A stretch of DNA of 64,000 nt from an uncultured bacterium (GCA_963749495.1 CAVVMW010000007.1:1-64000), one strand, 5' to 3'. Counted from the first letter of the stretch, positions 23,112-32,990 are shown. Numbers and translations are program-made. The notes: a model not told the origin generated them from the letters alone.

Positions 23112-23981
23112 ATGCCCGTGCTGGTCCAGCCGCCCTTCAACTACACCGGTGCAAAATACCGGCTACTGCCCCAGTTGATGCCACTGTTTGATTACAGCCG
23201 GCCTGCACTGGTTGATCTGTTCGCCGGCGGCGGCAGCGTCTGGTGCAACCTGGTGCCTCACTTCGACCGCGTCATCGCGAACGACATCATCCGGGACTTG
23301 ATCGGTGCGCAGCAGGCACTGATGGATGGAGACGCCATCGTTCATGAGATCAAAGCTCTTTGCGTAGCCAGAGGCGACAAGCCCGCGTACCACCGGCTGC
23401 GCGATGACTACAATCGCGCGCCCGGTGCAGCCAAATATTTCGCGCTGAGCCTGTGCTGCAACAACAACATGGCGAGGTTCAACGCCTCGTTCAGGTTCAA
23501 CCAGACCTTTGGACGGCGCACCTGGAATTCATCGACGACCGAAAAGGTTTTGCGTTATACGGCGCATATCCGCCTCTACCGTTCGCGCGTGCATTTCGTC
23601 CCGTCCGATTTTGCCCAGGTCGCCGTCCCCGACGACAGCATGGTTTACGTGGACCCGCCCTACAGCAATGCCGAGGCGGGCTACAACGCCTATTGGCGCA
23701 AAGACGATGATCGGCGCCTATTTCGGCACCTTCTCCGGCTCGCCGAGAGGGGGCATGCGATCGCCGTAAGCGGGGTCCTGCGGCACAACGGCAAAGAGAG
23801 TCCTCTTCTCAACCTGCTGCTTGACGCAGGGTGGCAAACCCATTTGGTCCATTCAGATTACTCCGTGGTCAGCAAGGTCGGGCCCAAAGAAAGCCAGGAG
23901 GTGCTGCTCACAAATTATGAGCCGGCGAGAATGCCGCTCGCCGAAGCCCCCCAGGAATCGACTGAAGCCGTCCCCGCCTGA
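23112..23981 (+). CDS. dam: Dam-like (D12 class) DNA adenine methyltransferase
   Basis: PFNYTGAKYRLL, DLFAGGGSV, YVDPPY motifs. Confidence 0.9.
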   Translation: MPVLVQPPFNYTGAKYRLLPQLMPLFDYSRPALVDLFAGGGSVWCNLVPHFDRVIANDIIRDLIGAQQALMDGDAIVHEIKALCVARGDKPAYHRLRDDYNRAPGAAKYFALSLCCNNNMARFNASFRFNQTFGRRTWNSSTTEKVLRYTAHIRLYRSRVHFVPSDFAQVAVPDDSMVYVDPPYSNAEAGYNAYWRKDDDRRLFRHLLRLAERGHAIAVSGVLRHNGKESPLLNLLLDAGWQTHLVHSDYSVVSKVGPKESQEVLLTNYEPARMPLAEAPQESTEAVPA

Positions 23982-23985
23982 ATCT

Positions 23986-24498
23986 ATGGCCGGCGCACCC
24001 CAGAACAGCAGTGTCCAGCCCAGCAATGCCCACCGCATCGCCGAACACCTCTACCGCAAATGGAGCAAGCCAAACGGCGACTTCTGGTACGAGGTTTATT
24101 TCGTCGTCAGGAAAACCAAGGCCCACGTTGACGTCAAAGGCTTCATGGAGGATCACCTGCCCGCCATCCGGCTTGATCGCGCCCGGTTGGAACGATCCGG
24201 CAGCGCAGCCAGCATTCGCCACCAGGCGCTATTCTACACGGAAATGCCCGAGGAATACCGGAAGCAGACGCTTGGTTATCTGGCGCGGGAAGAGCCGCGC
24301 GCAGTGCTGGGCTTGCCTGACGATTTCACCGAGCCGCAGCTCAAAGCCGCTTATCGGGCCGCCGTTAAACGAACCCGCCCGGACCTTGGCGGCGATTACG
24401 GGGAGTTTCTGAAGATCCAGGCCGCTTACGAGGCTCTGACCCAGCCGCTTTCGCTGGGCCAGATGCTCAAGACCGCTCACCAGGATTCCGCGACCTGA
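23986..24498 (+). CDS. Protein with C-terminal J-domain-like region (HPD replaced by RPD)
   Basis: VLGL...LKAAYR..VKRTRPDLGGD..EFLKIQAAYEAL. Confidence 0.7.
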   Translation: MAGAPQNSSVQPSNAHRIAEHLYRKWSKPNGDFWYEVYFVVRKTKAHVDVKGFMEDHLPAIRLDRARLERSGSAASIRHQALFYTEMPEEYRKQTLGYLAREEPRAVLGLPDDFTEPQLKAAYRAAVKRTRPDLGGDYGEFLKIQAAYEALTQPLSLGQMLKTAHQDSAT

Positions 24499-24614
24499 GC
24501 CCAACCGCACTTCCAACCGTCAGCGACCTGCCCGGCCCGTTTATTCGCCAGGCCGAGAGAAATCCAGGGGAACGGTTTTCCGCGACGCGAACGAGCGCCA
24601 AACAAATCGCCGAA

Positions 24615-26736
24615 ATGAAGAAAATCCCAGTTTGCTTCATCCGCCTCGACGGCGCACTGGTTGACGCCCTTCGGGTGGTTGAGATCACCACGGCCGCAAA
24701 CACGAAGGGCGAGGCCATGCAACGGCTGACCAGGGCCCTTGAGCAATGGGTTCGCAACACTGAGGAAGGGCGCAAGGCGTGGCTTGAGAGCAGTGAGGAC
24801 TTTAACATCGGGGACCTGGCCGGATACCTGAACAGTTGCGGGAAGGCGGTTCCCTCGCTTCAGAAGTATCTCGAACACGAAGGAATTGTGCGGGTCAAGA
24901 ACCTATTCGTCCTCACCAACTCCGAGCAAGAGAGCTACGACCGTATCCTGGCCCTCGCGGCATAGCATGATCGCCACGACGACAAAGGCTTCCAGCGTGA
25001 TCGAGCAAAGCATCGAAATCCTCGAACGCACTCGCGATGGAAACGACCTGGAGCCGTTCCATTTGTCCCTGGTGCAGGCGGCGGTCCACAACCACCTTAC
25101 TGCCCGCGGCGTTGAGGCGTTCCATCAACTTTACGACACCGTAACGTCCGGCCAATACGCCAAGCCTTGGTTGGCCGGCGTAGAACACGTCACTCGGGAC
25201 CATCAAGGGTACATTTACTGGAAAGGAAGCCGCGTCGAGCATTTCACCTTCTCCTTAATTGAGGTGGACCAGTTGAAACACATGACCCAGCGGCTGGCAG
25301 AGAGATGCCGTGGTGCAGCAAATGAAGGCCAACCTCGAAGCCGCCGATGCCGCGGTCCCAATGCCCGCGGAGCAGCCAGCCAGCCAGACGTAAGAGTATG
25401 AACAAATCGTTTCAGGACCTGCTCACCGCGGCCAGGACAGTGGAAAACCCGCCGCCGGCGTTGCGCACGGCGATCGAGGCGGTCGAAGAGCACCTCGACG
25501 ACCCGCGCCGCGAACAAATCGTGGAGATGGCCCGTGAGAGCCTTGGCAGAGAAGGCGCGATCGAGTTCGACGATGATGCCATCGTGTCCGAAGGTTCAGA
25601 CAACGGGGCTTATGTGGAGGGCTGGATCTGGTTGGACTTCAGTGGGACCCCGCTGGACAAAGCGAAAGAGGAGCAAAGAAATGAAGAGGATCCTCCTGCG
25701 AACGGTTGACGCCGCTTTGGAGAGCAGGGATCCGGCAACACTTCGGGGAACCTTCGTTCAAGAAAGGCACACCTTTCGCGGAGAAGACTATTCGGTTTAC
25801 GGCCTGCCGGAGTTCGAACCTGCCCGCCTGTACTATGACGGATTTCGGCTTATTCGCCGCTGTCCATATCCGGCCTGCTCCGTGTCCGAAATGTCGAGGG
25901 GAGAGGCGAATGGCCGGCCGCGGTCAGGGCGACGAGATCTTCGCCGTGTGCATGAGGTGCGGCCACACCGAGCGACCAGAGGGCAAATCCTGATAGCGCC
26001 TCATTGTACAGGTTCATTTCCCCTGCCGCAACGCAAGAACGTTTCACCTTAAGGACAGACACAATGCCCAGAACTTTCGTGCATGGCGAATACCGAGCAC
26101 CAGCTTCTGCGTTCATCGATGGTTTTGGCGGTTGCACCCGATGCACCGTCATCGAGGTGATCGAGCCAGGGGAGGGGAATCAGTTTATGCGGGGCAGGAT
26201 TCGCGCCAGGGTTGACGAGACCCACGGCGGCTATGCCAAGGGAGAAATCGTGGTCATGGGACCGCACGATATCGTGCCGTGCGACCGCCTCTATTCCCGT
26301 GGCTGCCACTACTACATCAATACCCAATACGCCTGGGCCAAAGAAAAGCGCGCGCATCTGAGCAGCCAGTCCATCACCCCTGGCTGCCAGTCGTGCCTGC
26401 TGGGAGACAAATCCAAGGTGCATTCCAGCAAACATTGCCCCGGTTATCAGGGTTGATCCTGTCACATCCCGCAACCGTTTCACCATGACACGGAACCCTA
26501 CCGAACTGAAACGTTACCACGTTCCACGAAGCACCAGACCGAAGGCATGGGCCTGGTGCATCGCGCACCTGCCGGAGGATTGGATACGCCGACACGGGCG
26601 CAAGCTGGTTGTCGTCATGCGAGATGGCACGACCGGCGCTGTCGTCAAAGACGTTTACCGCGCCCGCTACAACGGCCTGGCACGCGGTTGGTTTTATCCG
26701 GGGGACTACGGGATCCGCTGGGAGCAGACCTGGTAA
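24615..26736 (+). other. Cluster of small phage-like hypothetical CDS (e.g. 24615-24965, 24967-25401, 25398-25709, 26064-26456, 26485-26736)
   Basis: Short co-directional abutting ORFs with no recognised domains. Confidence 0.5.
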
Positions 26737-26876
26737 GCGAATTTGCCCGGCAAGGGCACCCCTAACTTCGGCGGTAACAAACACCAACCGGTCAACTTAC
26801 GAAAGCAATACCTCATGAAAAGCTCGCCGAAAGGCTGCTGGAGTGGCACGGCGGACAATGGAGCGCCCTCTACAGC

Positions 26877-27368
26877 GTGGGGTCCTGCTTGCTCGCCGAG
26901 AGCCGGCATTGGCGAGACAACCTGCCGGAAGCGGTCCGGGAGTTAAGACACACCCAGCACGACGAGGCGCAAGTACTGGCCGCCACACTGGAAGCCATGG
27001 GCAAGCTCGACAACTTCACGCTGGCATATATCGCCTGCGCATTCTGGTGCAGCAACGATGACAGCACGCCCTCCGGTGGTGACCCGCTGGAGAAGAACTA
27101 TTCCATAGCGGACATTGCGTCCGAAACCCTCAATACGATGGCGAGCGACTGCGCCGCCTTTCAACGGACCAACGCGGCGCTACTCGAGGCTTCCGGGCTT
27201 GGCGCTGAAGAGGCTGGACACGATTTCTGGCTCACTCGCAACCGCCACGGCTCGGGTTTTTGGGACGAGGATATCGGCGATGTTGGCCGCCAGCTTACGG
27301 AAGTGGCCTGTGCCTGCGGCGAGTGCAGTCTCTATGTCGGTGACGACAAGAGGATTTACGGCATCTGA
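26877..27368 (+). CDS. Conserved phage-type hypothetical protein (start uncertain)
   Basis: AGHDFWLTRNRHGSGFWD motif recalled from phage proteins. Confidence 0.6.
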   Translation: MGSCLLAESRHWRDNLPEAVRELRHTQHDEAQVLAATLEAMGKLDNFTLAYIACAFWCSNDDSTPSGGDPLEKNYSIADIASETLNTMASDCAAFQRTNAALLEASGLGAEEAGHDFWLTRNRHGSGFWDEDIGDVGRQLTEVACACGECSLYVGDDKRIYGI

Positions 27369-27502
27369 ATTAGTTTAGACAACCCGGCTTTTGTGGCGAA
27401 AAGCTCAAACACGCCGCCAAGAAGCCTGCGCCCAAACAGGTCTATTGCCGAAAGCTTCGGATCTTCTAATTGCCAACCAGCAAATTCTCGCACAGCTTTG
27501 AT

Positions 27503-28639
27503 ATGACCCGAGACGACACCCGCGCCAAATTCCATGGCTGGCCACTGCACGAGATCCTGGCCCGCGTCGATCAGGAATCTGCGTCCTTGAGGGCGCTCTG
27601 CTGCCCCAAGCATTTCAGCATCCCTCGCGGCTTTCCCAACCCGGAGGTCTTCATGCTCTCCGCCTACACAGCGGCCAAAACTGCCCAACGCGGCCTCCAA
27701 CCCTCACAGGACGTCACCATCGCCTCCCTGCGTCTGACCGCCGCGCAACTCATCCGCTACCAGGTTCCCACCTACTTCGTCGCCGCCGATTTCTGCGAAG
27801 CCCTCCTCCACACCGAGGCTCCTGACGATCTGCGCTTCGAGGAGATCCAGTTTCCCATGCCCGCCATGCTTTTCATGCTGCCCACCGACTTCAGTCTCCG
27901 CTATTTCGGCTGCCTCGTTCCCTTTCTCATGGTCGCCAGCGTCCCGGCCCGCTGTGTCGCCAGATCCCCGATTCGCATCGGTGCCTGGCAGATGCCGCCT
28001 CTGGCCGTCACCAACCCCGAACCTTTGTTCGTCGCCGCCATGCTGGCATGGGAGGCCGGCAGACCCGTGCATTACGATTCGCGCATTCCCATACCCGGCA
28101 CTCAGGTCAAAGACCTGTTGGCTGCTGATATTGAACTCTTCTCGTCGGTCGGCTGGTCTGACACCACTCACGAGCAGGATAAGCGCACCGTCAACCGCCT
28201 CGCGCATCTGTCCATCAACATCCTTCTGGGCATGACCGCCGAACCGGAACTTGTGACCCGTGAGCGCATTCTGCGCGCCGCCAAAAAGAAGAACGGCAAA
28301 GTTGTCCGTCGAGCCACCTGGAAACCCAATGTTATAGGCGAACACTTCCGCATCACCTACGAGAACCCCGCGCCGACCGGCACCCATCGCTCGCCACACG
28401 CCCACTGGCGGCGCGGCCACTGGCGTAATCAACGCCATGGCCCGCAACTCCTCCTGATTAAACGCATTTGGATCAGGCCCGTTTTCGTTGGACTTGGAGC
28501 CGCGGTACCAAAAGCAAAGAACGGCTCGGTATCAGGAGCGGTGGGAGGACCTACACATGATCCTTCAGGCATGGTTAGAGAAGGGACGGCCAGCGAAACT
28601 CCTTTTCCTGCTCCGCAGATACCGGCGGCCTCCGTTTGA
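27503..28639 (+). CDS. Phage-type hypothetical protein with HWRRGHWR motif
   Basis: SPHAHWRRGHWRNQ...WIRPVFV. Confidence 0.6.
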   Translation: MTRDDTRAKFHGWPLHEILARVDQESASLRALCCPKHFSIPRGFPNPEVFMLSAYTAAKTAQRGLQPSQDVTIASLRLTAAQLIRYQVPTYFVAADFCEALLHTEAPDDLRFEEIQFPMPAMLFMLPTDFSLRYFGCLVPFLMVASVPARCVARSPIRIGAWQMPPLAVTNPEPLFVAAMLAWEAGRPVHYDSRIPIPGTQVKDLLAADIELFSSVGWSDTTHEQDKRTVNRLAHLSINILLGMTAEPELVTRERILRAAKKKNGKVVRRATWKPNVIGEHFRITYENPAPTGTHRSPHAHWRRGHWRNQRHGPQLLLIKRIWIRPVFVGLGAAVPKAKNGSVSGAVGGPTHDPSGMVREGTASETPFPAPQIPAASV

Positions 28640-28645
28640 AGGCGG

Positions 28646-30867
28646 TTGAAAGGCCTGCGAAGCGCACGTTCCTTGGAGTTCCGGGCACGCCCGACAGCTT
28701 TGAGGGACTATCTGGACAAAGAACGGACTAGGCGAGGACGAGGCGGAACCAGTGCTCACTTTCGAGTAGTCCGCCAAACCAACGATCTCATGAGCCGAAG
28801 AATCATTATCCGCAGCTTGCCCACGACCGAACTCAACCGTTTTGTCGAAGTGGAAGTGTACTACGATGCGGGCGGCAGGAGCTTCCTCTCGGGAGAATTC
28901 AACAAGCGCGGCTATTACCTCGCCGTGCAGCCAGTGAAGCGGGAGGGGAACTGCAAGAGCATCCTGGCGTTTTCCGGCACCAAGACTCTGATTAAGGAGG
29001 TCAAACGGTTCTCGGCCAGGGAATTGCAGGAGGCTGCTCTCCAAGCCACGCAGTTGCCCGTTTATCAGAAGCTCCTCAACCACGTATTGGCCAAGAACAA
29101 TCTCAAACTGGCCGACGGCACACCGGGCGCAATGGCGACAACAGACGCCGCCGCCGAGCAGAGCTCTCCGGCGATTCTGCTGCGAGCCGGCGGCAGCCAA
29201 CCTCTTCCGGCAGCGGCCTGATCATGACGAGCGCGCGAACACCCCTTACGATCACCCTGCAACGGCAGGGAATCTCTGCGTCGCTTCGCACGCAGGCTCG
29301 CATGCTTATGACGCCTGGCCCAGGCAACTCCAACCCCGGATTCAGCCTCATCATTCAGGCAGTGCCGTCGGGAACAGCCTGGTTTCTGGACCTGGGCGTC
29401 GACGGAAGGCATGCGAGGATCTTCGCCAACGGATGCGGCCAGGAATCCGATTGGCGCCGCAACCGGGGGGCGCCTCAGCCGTTCACGGATCTCGAGCTGG
29501 CCAAGCGTGCCGCCGAAGAGGAACTGGGCAGGCGGCTCAATCGGCCCGTGCGCATCTCGTCTCAAGTGGAACTCTACTGCCCGTGCGATGCTCCCGTTTA
29601 CGATTACCTCAAGAGCGATGTCGAATTCGCGCGCGCCCGGTACGATGCGCAAACCGACAGCGTTTGCAGCGTGCCCGAGGACTGCCGCCTTGTGAGTTGG
29701 CCCAAAGGCAATCTACAGCGGCCCCGGTTCCACATCCCGAAAGACGGAGCACACATTCCGGCGGATTGCCGCTGGCAAACGATCTGCCCAAAGGCACACG
29801 AAGAATTCCTCAAGGCTCACAACCAGCGGTCGGGGCCGGAAAAGGCCAAGCGCTGGTTGGCGTGGCTCATCAGCGAATACCGGAAATATGGCCTCAACTC
29901 GTAATAGGAAGCTCCAAGCGGTGGTCGTTGGAGAATACAGCCGATGGGGCTACGAGGTTCAGGTCGTTCGGGGCAGCCGAATCCTTCACTCCTACGCCGC
30001 CGGCAACCATAAGCAGGATTCTCAGCAGCGCGTCGCGTTGGGATCCCCGGAAGCCTGCAGCCTGCGTCAGGCCCGCAGGAATTGTGTTCGCACCGCCAAA
30101 GACATCGCTCGGGAGCGCCAGGCTCGATACGGAGGCGTAACACGCCACACTGAAGAGCAACCATGAAAGCGGCGTGCGCCAACTGCAATTGGGTTGGAGA
30201 ACCGGCGACTGCGTTTCCCGATATTCCCGACCTGCTCCAGCGATTAGAACCCGGCGGAGAAGTTCCTTCCGGGGAATGCCCCGAATGCGGGGCGCTTTGC
30301 TATGTGCGTCCGAAAGGGCCTCCTCCAGAGAAGAAAGCCCCGAAGAAACCTTGAATCAACACGTCCATGGCTGACCGTTTCCCCATTCGATACGAGATCG
30401 GCGGCGAGATAGCCTCCCCGGTTCTGGACGCGCTGGTGGAGCACCTGCTCGCCGTCAAAATGACGCGCGAGTACGGCGGCTGCGACGATGAGGCAAGCCT
30501 CCGCAAGGAAGCCGAACGGATCAGTGGCAGCTCGTCTCTTAACGTTTACAACAGCGAAGTGGCGCCCTACATGACCGATGAGCTTGACCTGTTCCTGGTG
30601 CAGCACGGGCTGGCCTTCGTCAAGCGGACGGATGCGCGTCATGAATATGGTGGCCAAATCGGGTGGTGGCGGCCCGGGATGAAACACCTGGCCAAATGGG
30701 AATTCACCAACGCAGAGGCGACAGAAGTTCACGTCTCGCTCGAGTTCTTGAAGAAGGCCCTGGGACAGCGCAAGACCCTCCGCAAAGTGGTGGCCGAACT
30801 CGAAGGCGTCGCGCCCCATCCCGGCCCTCTGATTCTGGTGTCGCGGGCTTCTCCAAAAGGCCGCTGA
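28646..30867 (+). other. Hypothetical CDS cluster (28790-29221, 29224-29904, 29888-30166, 30163-30354 zinc ribbon, 30367-30867)
   Basis: Abutting co-directional ORFs; CxxC...CPECG in 30163-30354. Confidence 0.55.
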
Positions 30868-31006
30868 CCGCCGCCTCGCTCGCGCCGCGGGTAAACGCGC
30901 CCGGGGAAGCGACGCTCAACAAGAGAACGCAATGTAACCACCCGTGCGGCCTTGACGTCTGTGGAAATGCGGTCGAAGAAAAATAGCGCCGAACACAAAA
31001 AAGAAT

Positions 31007-31034
31007 TTGACAGCGTGGCGGGAAGTGCTAAGAT
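31007..31034 (+). promoter_or_regulatory. Sigma70-type promoter for the leader/tRNA array
   Basis: TTGACA (31007-31012), 16-bp spacer, extended -10 TGcTAAGAT (TAAGAT at 31029-31034), upstream A-tract. Confidence 0.75.
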
Positions 31035-31047
31035 AACGGCAAGTTCA

Positions 31048-31194
31048 ATGAGAACCTACATACAGACATCAGTCGAGCGCAAGGGTACCAAAGCCCCGCA
31101 AAGGACGCTTTGTGCCCTCGATGCCCTGATGTCGGCCCCCGAAAGTCATTTTGGGATCCGTAATTGGGACGCAGGGAGGGCCGGTAGGCGGTAA
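31048..31194 (+). CDS. Putative attenuator leader peptide (48 aa)
   Basis: ATG 13 nt after the -10 box; all 20 amino acids and 38 distinct codons; ends 22 nt before a terminator hairpin. Confidence 0.6.
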   Translation: MRTYIQTSVERKGTKAPQRTLCALDALMSAPESHFGIRNWDAGRAGRR

Positions 31195-31216
31195 CTTGAA
31201 CTGACATAGGATTTCG

Positions 31217-31261
31217 AGGACCCCTACCAGGCGGAAGCAAGGTAGGGGTTCTTAGTTTTTT
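31217..31261 (+). terminator. Intrinsic terminator/attenuator hairpin
   Basis: AGGACCCCTACC / GGTAGGGGTTCT stem followed by TAGTTTTTT. Confidence 0.75.
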
Positions 31262-31529
31262 GACCAGAGACGAGAGCCGACAACGAGACAAACCGCCGAA
31301 ACGACCCAGGCGGGCAAGAGAAGGGCATCAGCAGCTGTGGCACGAATAGATGGCCGTAAATCGGCCGACGGATCAGATCAAAGTTTGGCGCCAGCGCCAA
31401 CAAGATTTCCCGAGAATTTACAATCTAAGGGCTTCGCAGGAGGTGTGCCCATAAACACCGAAAGAACCACCGTGAAACCGTGGGTTGGTATCTGACCAGA
31501 TAGCAAGAGGTGTTTTGTTCTTTGTTGGA

Positions 31530-31592
31530 GGCGGGCCTGGCAGCCGATCATTGGGTAGCCAGGCCCGCCCGCTTTCCCCCTTCATTTTTTTT
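31530..31592 (+). terminator. Second GC-rich hairpin with pyrimidine/T tail
   Basis: GGCGGGCCTGGC / GCCAGGCCCGCC followed by CGCTTTCCCCCTTCATTTTTTTT. Confidence 0.5.
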
Positions 31593-31678
31593 CTGCGCTT
31601 TCTATTTCTGGGCGGGGGTCCTGCACCATTTTCTCAACCGGAAACCACTGGACTTGCCAGGAAGGGTCATTTCACGAC

Positions 31679-31757
31679 GGGGCATGGGACTGCACAGTGT
31701 GGTCGTCTCGCTGGCAGCGAGAATGTCAGGAGGGTGCGATACCCTCATGCTCCACCA
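31679..31757 (+). tRNA. tRNA-Ala(GGC)
   Basis: G3:U70; TCTCG-CTGGCAG-CGAGA; CCA. Confidence 0.85.
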
Positions 31758-31789
31758 ATTTTGCGGCGCGCACGACCGCGCACGTTCCT

Positions 31790-31865
31790 GCTCGCGTAGC
31801 TCAAATTAAAGAGCGCGATCCTTCTAAGATCGGCGATGTTGGCGAGACTCCAACCGCGAGCGCCA
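31790..31865 (+). tRNA. tRNA-Arg(TCT)
   Basis: CGATC-CTTCTAA-GATCG; CCA. Confidence 0.85.
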
Positions 31866-31873
31866 CTTTTCAA

Positions 31874-31948
31874 CCACCAGTAGCTGAGGCAGATTAGCGC
31901 GGCTCCGAAAAAGCCGAGACGTTGGCGCGATACCAACCTGGTGGGCCA
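31874..31948 (+). tRNA. tRNA-Phe(GAA), C33
   Basis: CGGCT-CCGAAAA-AGCCG; CCA. Confidence 0.8.
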
Positions 31949-31956
31949 TCTCGCAA

Positions 31957-32033
31957 GTCCGCGTAGCTCAGTTTATCGGAGCGCGAGCCCGCGAAGCTCG
32001 AGGTCGCAAGTGAGATTCTTGCCGCGGACACCA
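31957..32033 (+). tRNA. tRNA-Arg(GCG), C33
   Basis: CGAGC-CCGCGAA-GCTCG; CCA. Confidence 0.8.
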
Positions 32034-32128
32034 TTTCCAGTCGCGCCGGTGCCCCTATTGATTCTCCCCTCCCCACTCGTGAGTGCCGGAGGGCGGGGCC
32101 GGAACCGGGCGGAGATACCAATTTCGTG

Positions 32129-32207
32129 TGCGGGGTGGACTGGAGCAGACCAGCGCCGGGCCCATAACCCGGACTGCGTGGGGCGCGCTACCTCACCCCT
32201 GCCGCCG
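32129..32207 (+). tRNA. Initiator-like tRNA-Met(CAT), no CCA
   Basis: CCGGG-CCCATAA-CCCGG (three G:C pairs), 1:72 mismatch. Confidence 0.6.
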
Positions 32208-32218
32208 ATTATCCTTTT

Positions 32219-32293
32219 GCGGCATAGGTGTTTACAGATGCATGGCTGCCTTCCAAGCAGCGGGAGTGAGCGCGATACTCACATGCCGCACCA
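32219..32293 (+). tRNA. tRNA-Gly(TCC)
   Basis: GCTGC-CTTCCAA-GCAGC; CCA. Confidence 0.85.
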
Positions 32294-32294
32294 T

Positions 32295-32365
32295 CGCAGC
32301 AGTCCCAGCGGACAAGTTGGTCTCATAAGCCGACCGGCCCGGTGCGACCCCGGGTGCTGCGACCA
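32295..32365 (+). tRNA. tRNA(CAT), Met or Ile2, with minimal D-arm
   Basis: CGCAGCA/TGCTGCG acceptor; GTCC-CAGC-GGAC D-arm; CTCATAA loop; CCA. Confidence 0.7.
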
Positions 32366-32372
32366 ATTTCAA

Positions 32373-32456
32373 GGAACTGAAGGAGCCAACAGGTGTTCAG
32401 CCGGGCAAGCACAGCGCCCGGTTGCAGCGGTTCGAGTCCGGCTCTCCTTCAGCTCC
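32373..32456 (+). ncRNA. tRNA-like RNA: long closing stem and canonical T-loop, no D-arm or CCA
   Basis: GGAACTGAAGGAG/CTCCTTCAGCTCC; GGTTCGAGTCC. Confidence 0.5.
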
Positions 32457-32468
32457 TTGATTTCTGTC

Positions 32469-32557
32469 GGGCTGTAAACTCCAAGAGTGAAATCCCGGCT
32501 TGGCCGGCGAGACACGCCCGCGTCCTGCCACCGATTCAAAGCCGGAACAGCCCACCA
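32469..32557 (+). ncRNA. tRNA-like RNA with acceptor stem and CCA but no clear T-arm
   Basis: GGGCTGT/ACAGCCC-A-CCA; internal CCGGCTT/AAGCCGG stem. Confidence 0.5.
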
Positions 32558-32567
32558 ATCTTCCGAC

Positions 32568-32642
32568 GGGCCGCAAGCTTTAACAGTGAAGCAGCAAGCT
32601 TTTAACTTGCTGAACACGGGGCAGTACCGTGGCGGCTCACCA
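32568..32642 (+). tRNA. tRNA-Lys(TTT)
   Basis: GCAAG-CTTTTAA-CTTGC; CCA. Confidence 0.85.
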
Positions 32643-32755
32643 ATTTCCGGGCCCTCACCAGCGCTTGCCCGTCACGGTTTCCAAGCGCGGGGCGGTTTTG
32701 GCGGGCCGCCCTCCGGAGCTCACAGCAGGAGCCAACACCCCATCGACTTTCTGAT

Positions 32756-32835
32756 TGCCCCGTGGCGGAATTATCAGACGCGCTCGACTTTGGATCGAGT
32801 TTTCATTGCTGGTGAAAACCCAGCCGGGGCTGCCA
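32756..32835 (+). tRNA. tRNA-Gln(TTG)
   Basis: CTCGA-CTTTGGA-TCGAG; CCA. Confidence 0.85.
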
Positions 32836-32843
32836 ATTTCCAT

Positions 32844-32914
32844 ACGCAGGGCGCCAGCTTGCGCAGCCGAGTCCCCAAAACTCAGCGTGGTTGGGGCAGC
32901 ACCAACCCTGCGTG
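32844..32914 (+). tRNA. tRNA-Trp(CCA), atypical, no CCA end
   Basis: ACGCAGG/CCTGCGT; GAGT-CCCCAAA-ACTC. Confidence 0.6.
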
Positions 32915-32915
32915 C

Positions 32916-32990
32916 GGGGCCATAGCTCAACCAGCAGAGCAACTCGTTCGCAACGCGAAGATCGGGGCGCGACTCCCCGTGGCTCCACCA
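32916..32990 (+). tRNA. tRNA-Ala(CGC)
   Basis: G3:U70; TTCGCAA loop on an imperfect stem; CCA. Confidence 0.75.

Noticed and set aside
11025..30867. Intact prophage
   Set aside because: No terminase, portal, capsid, tail or lysis genes recognised.
32373..32456. Selenocysteine tRNA (GGAA start, contains TTCA)
   Set aside because: TCA is not in an anticodon loop, and there is no D-arm or CCA.
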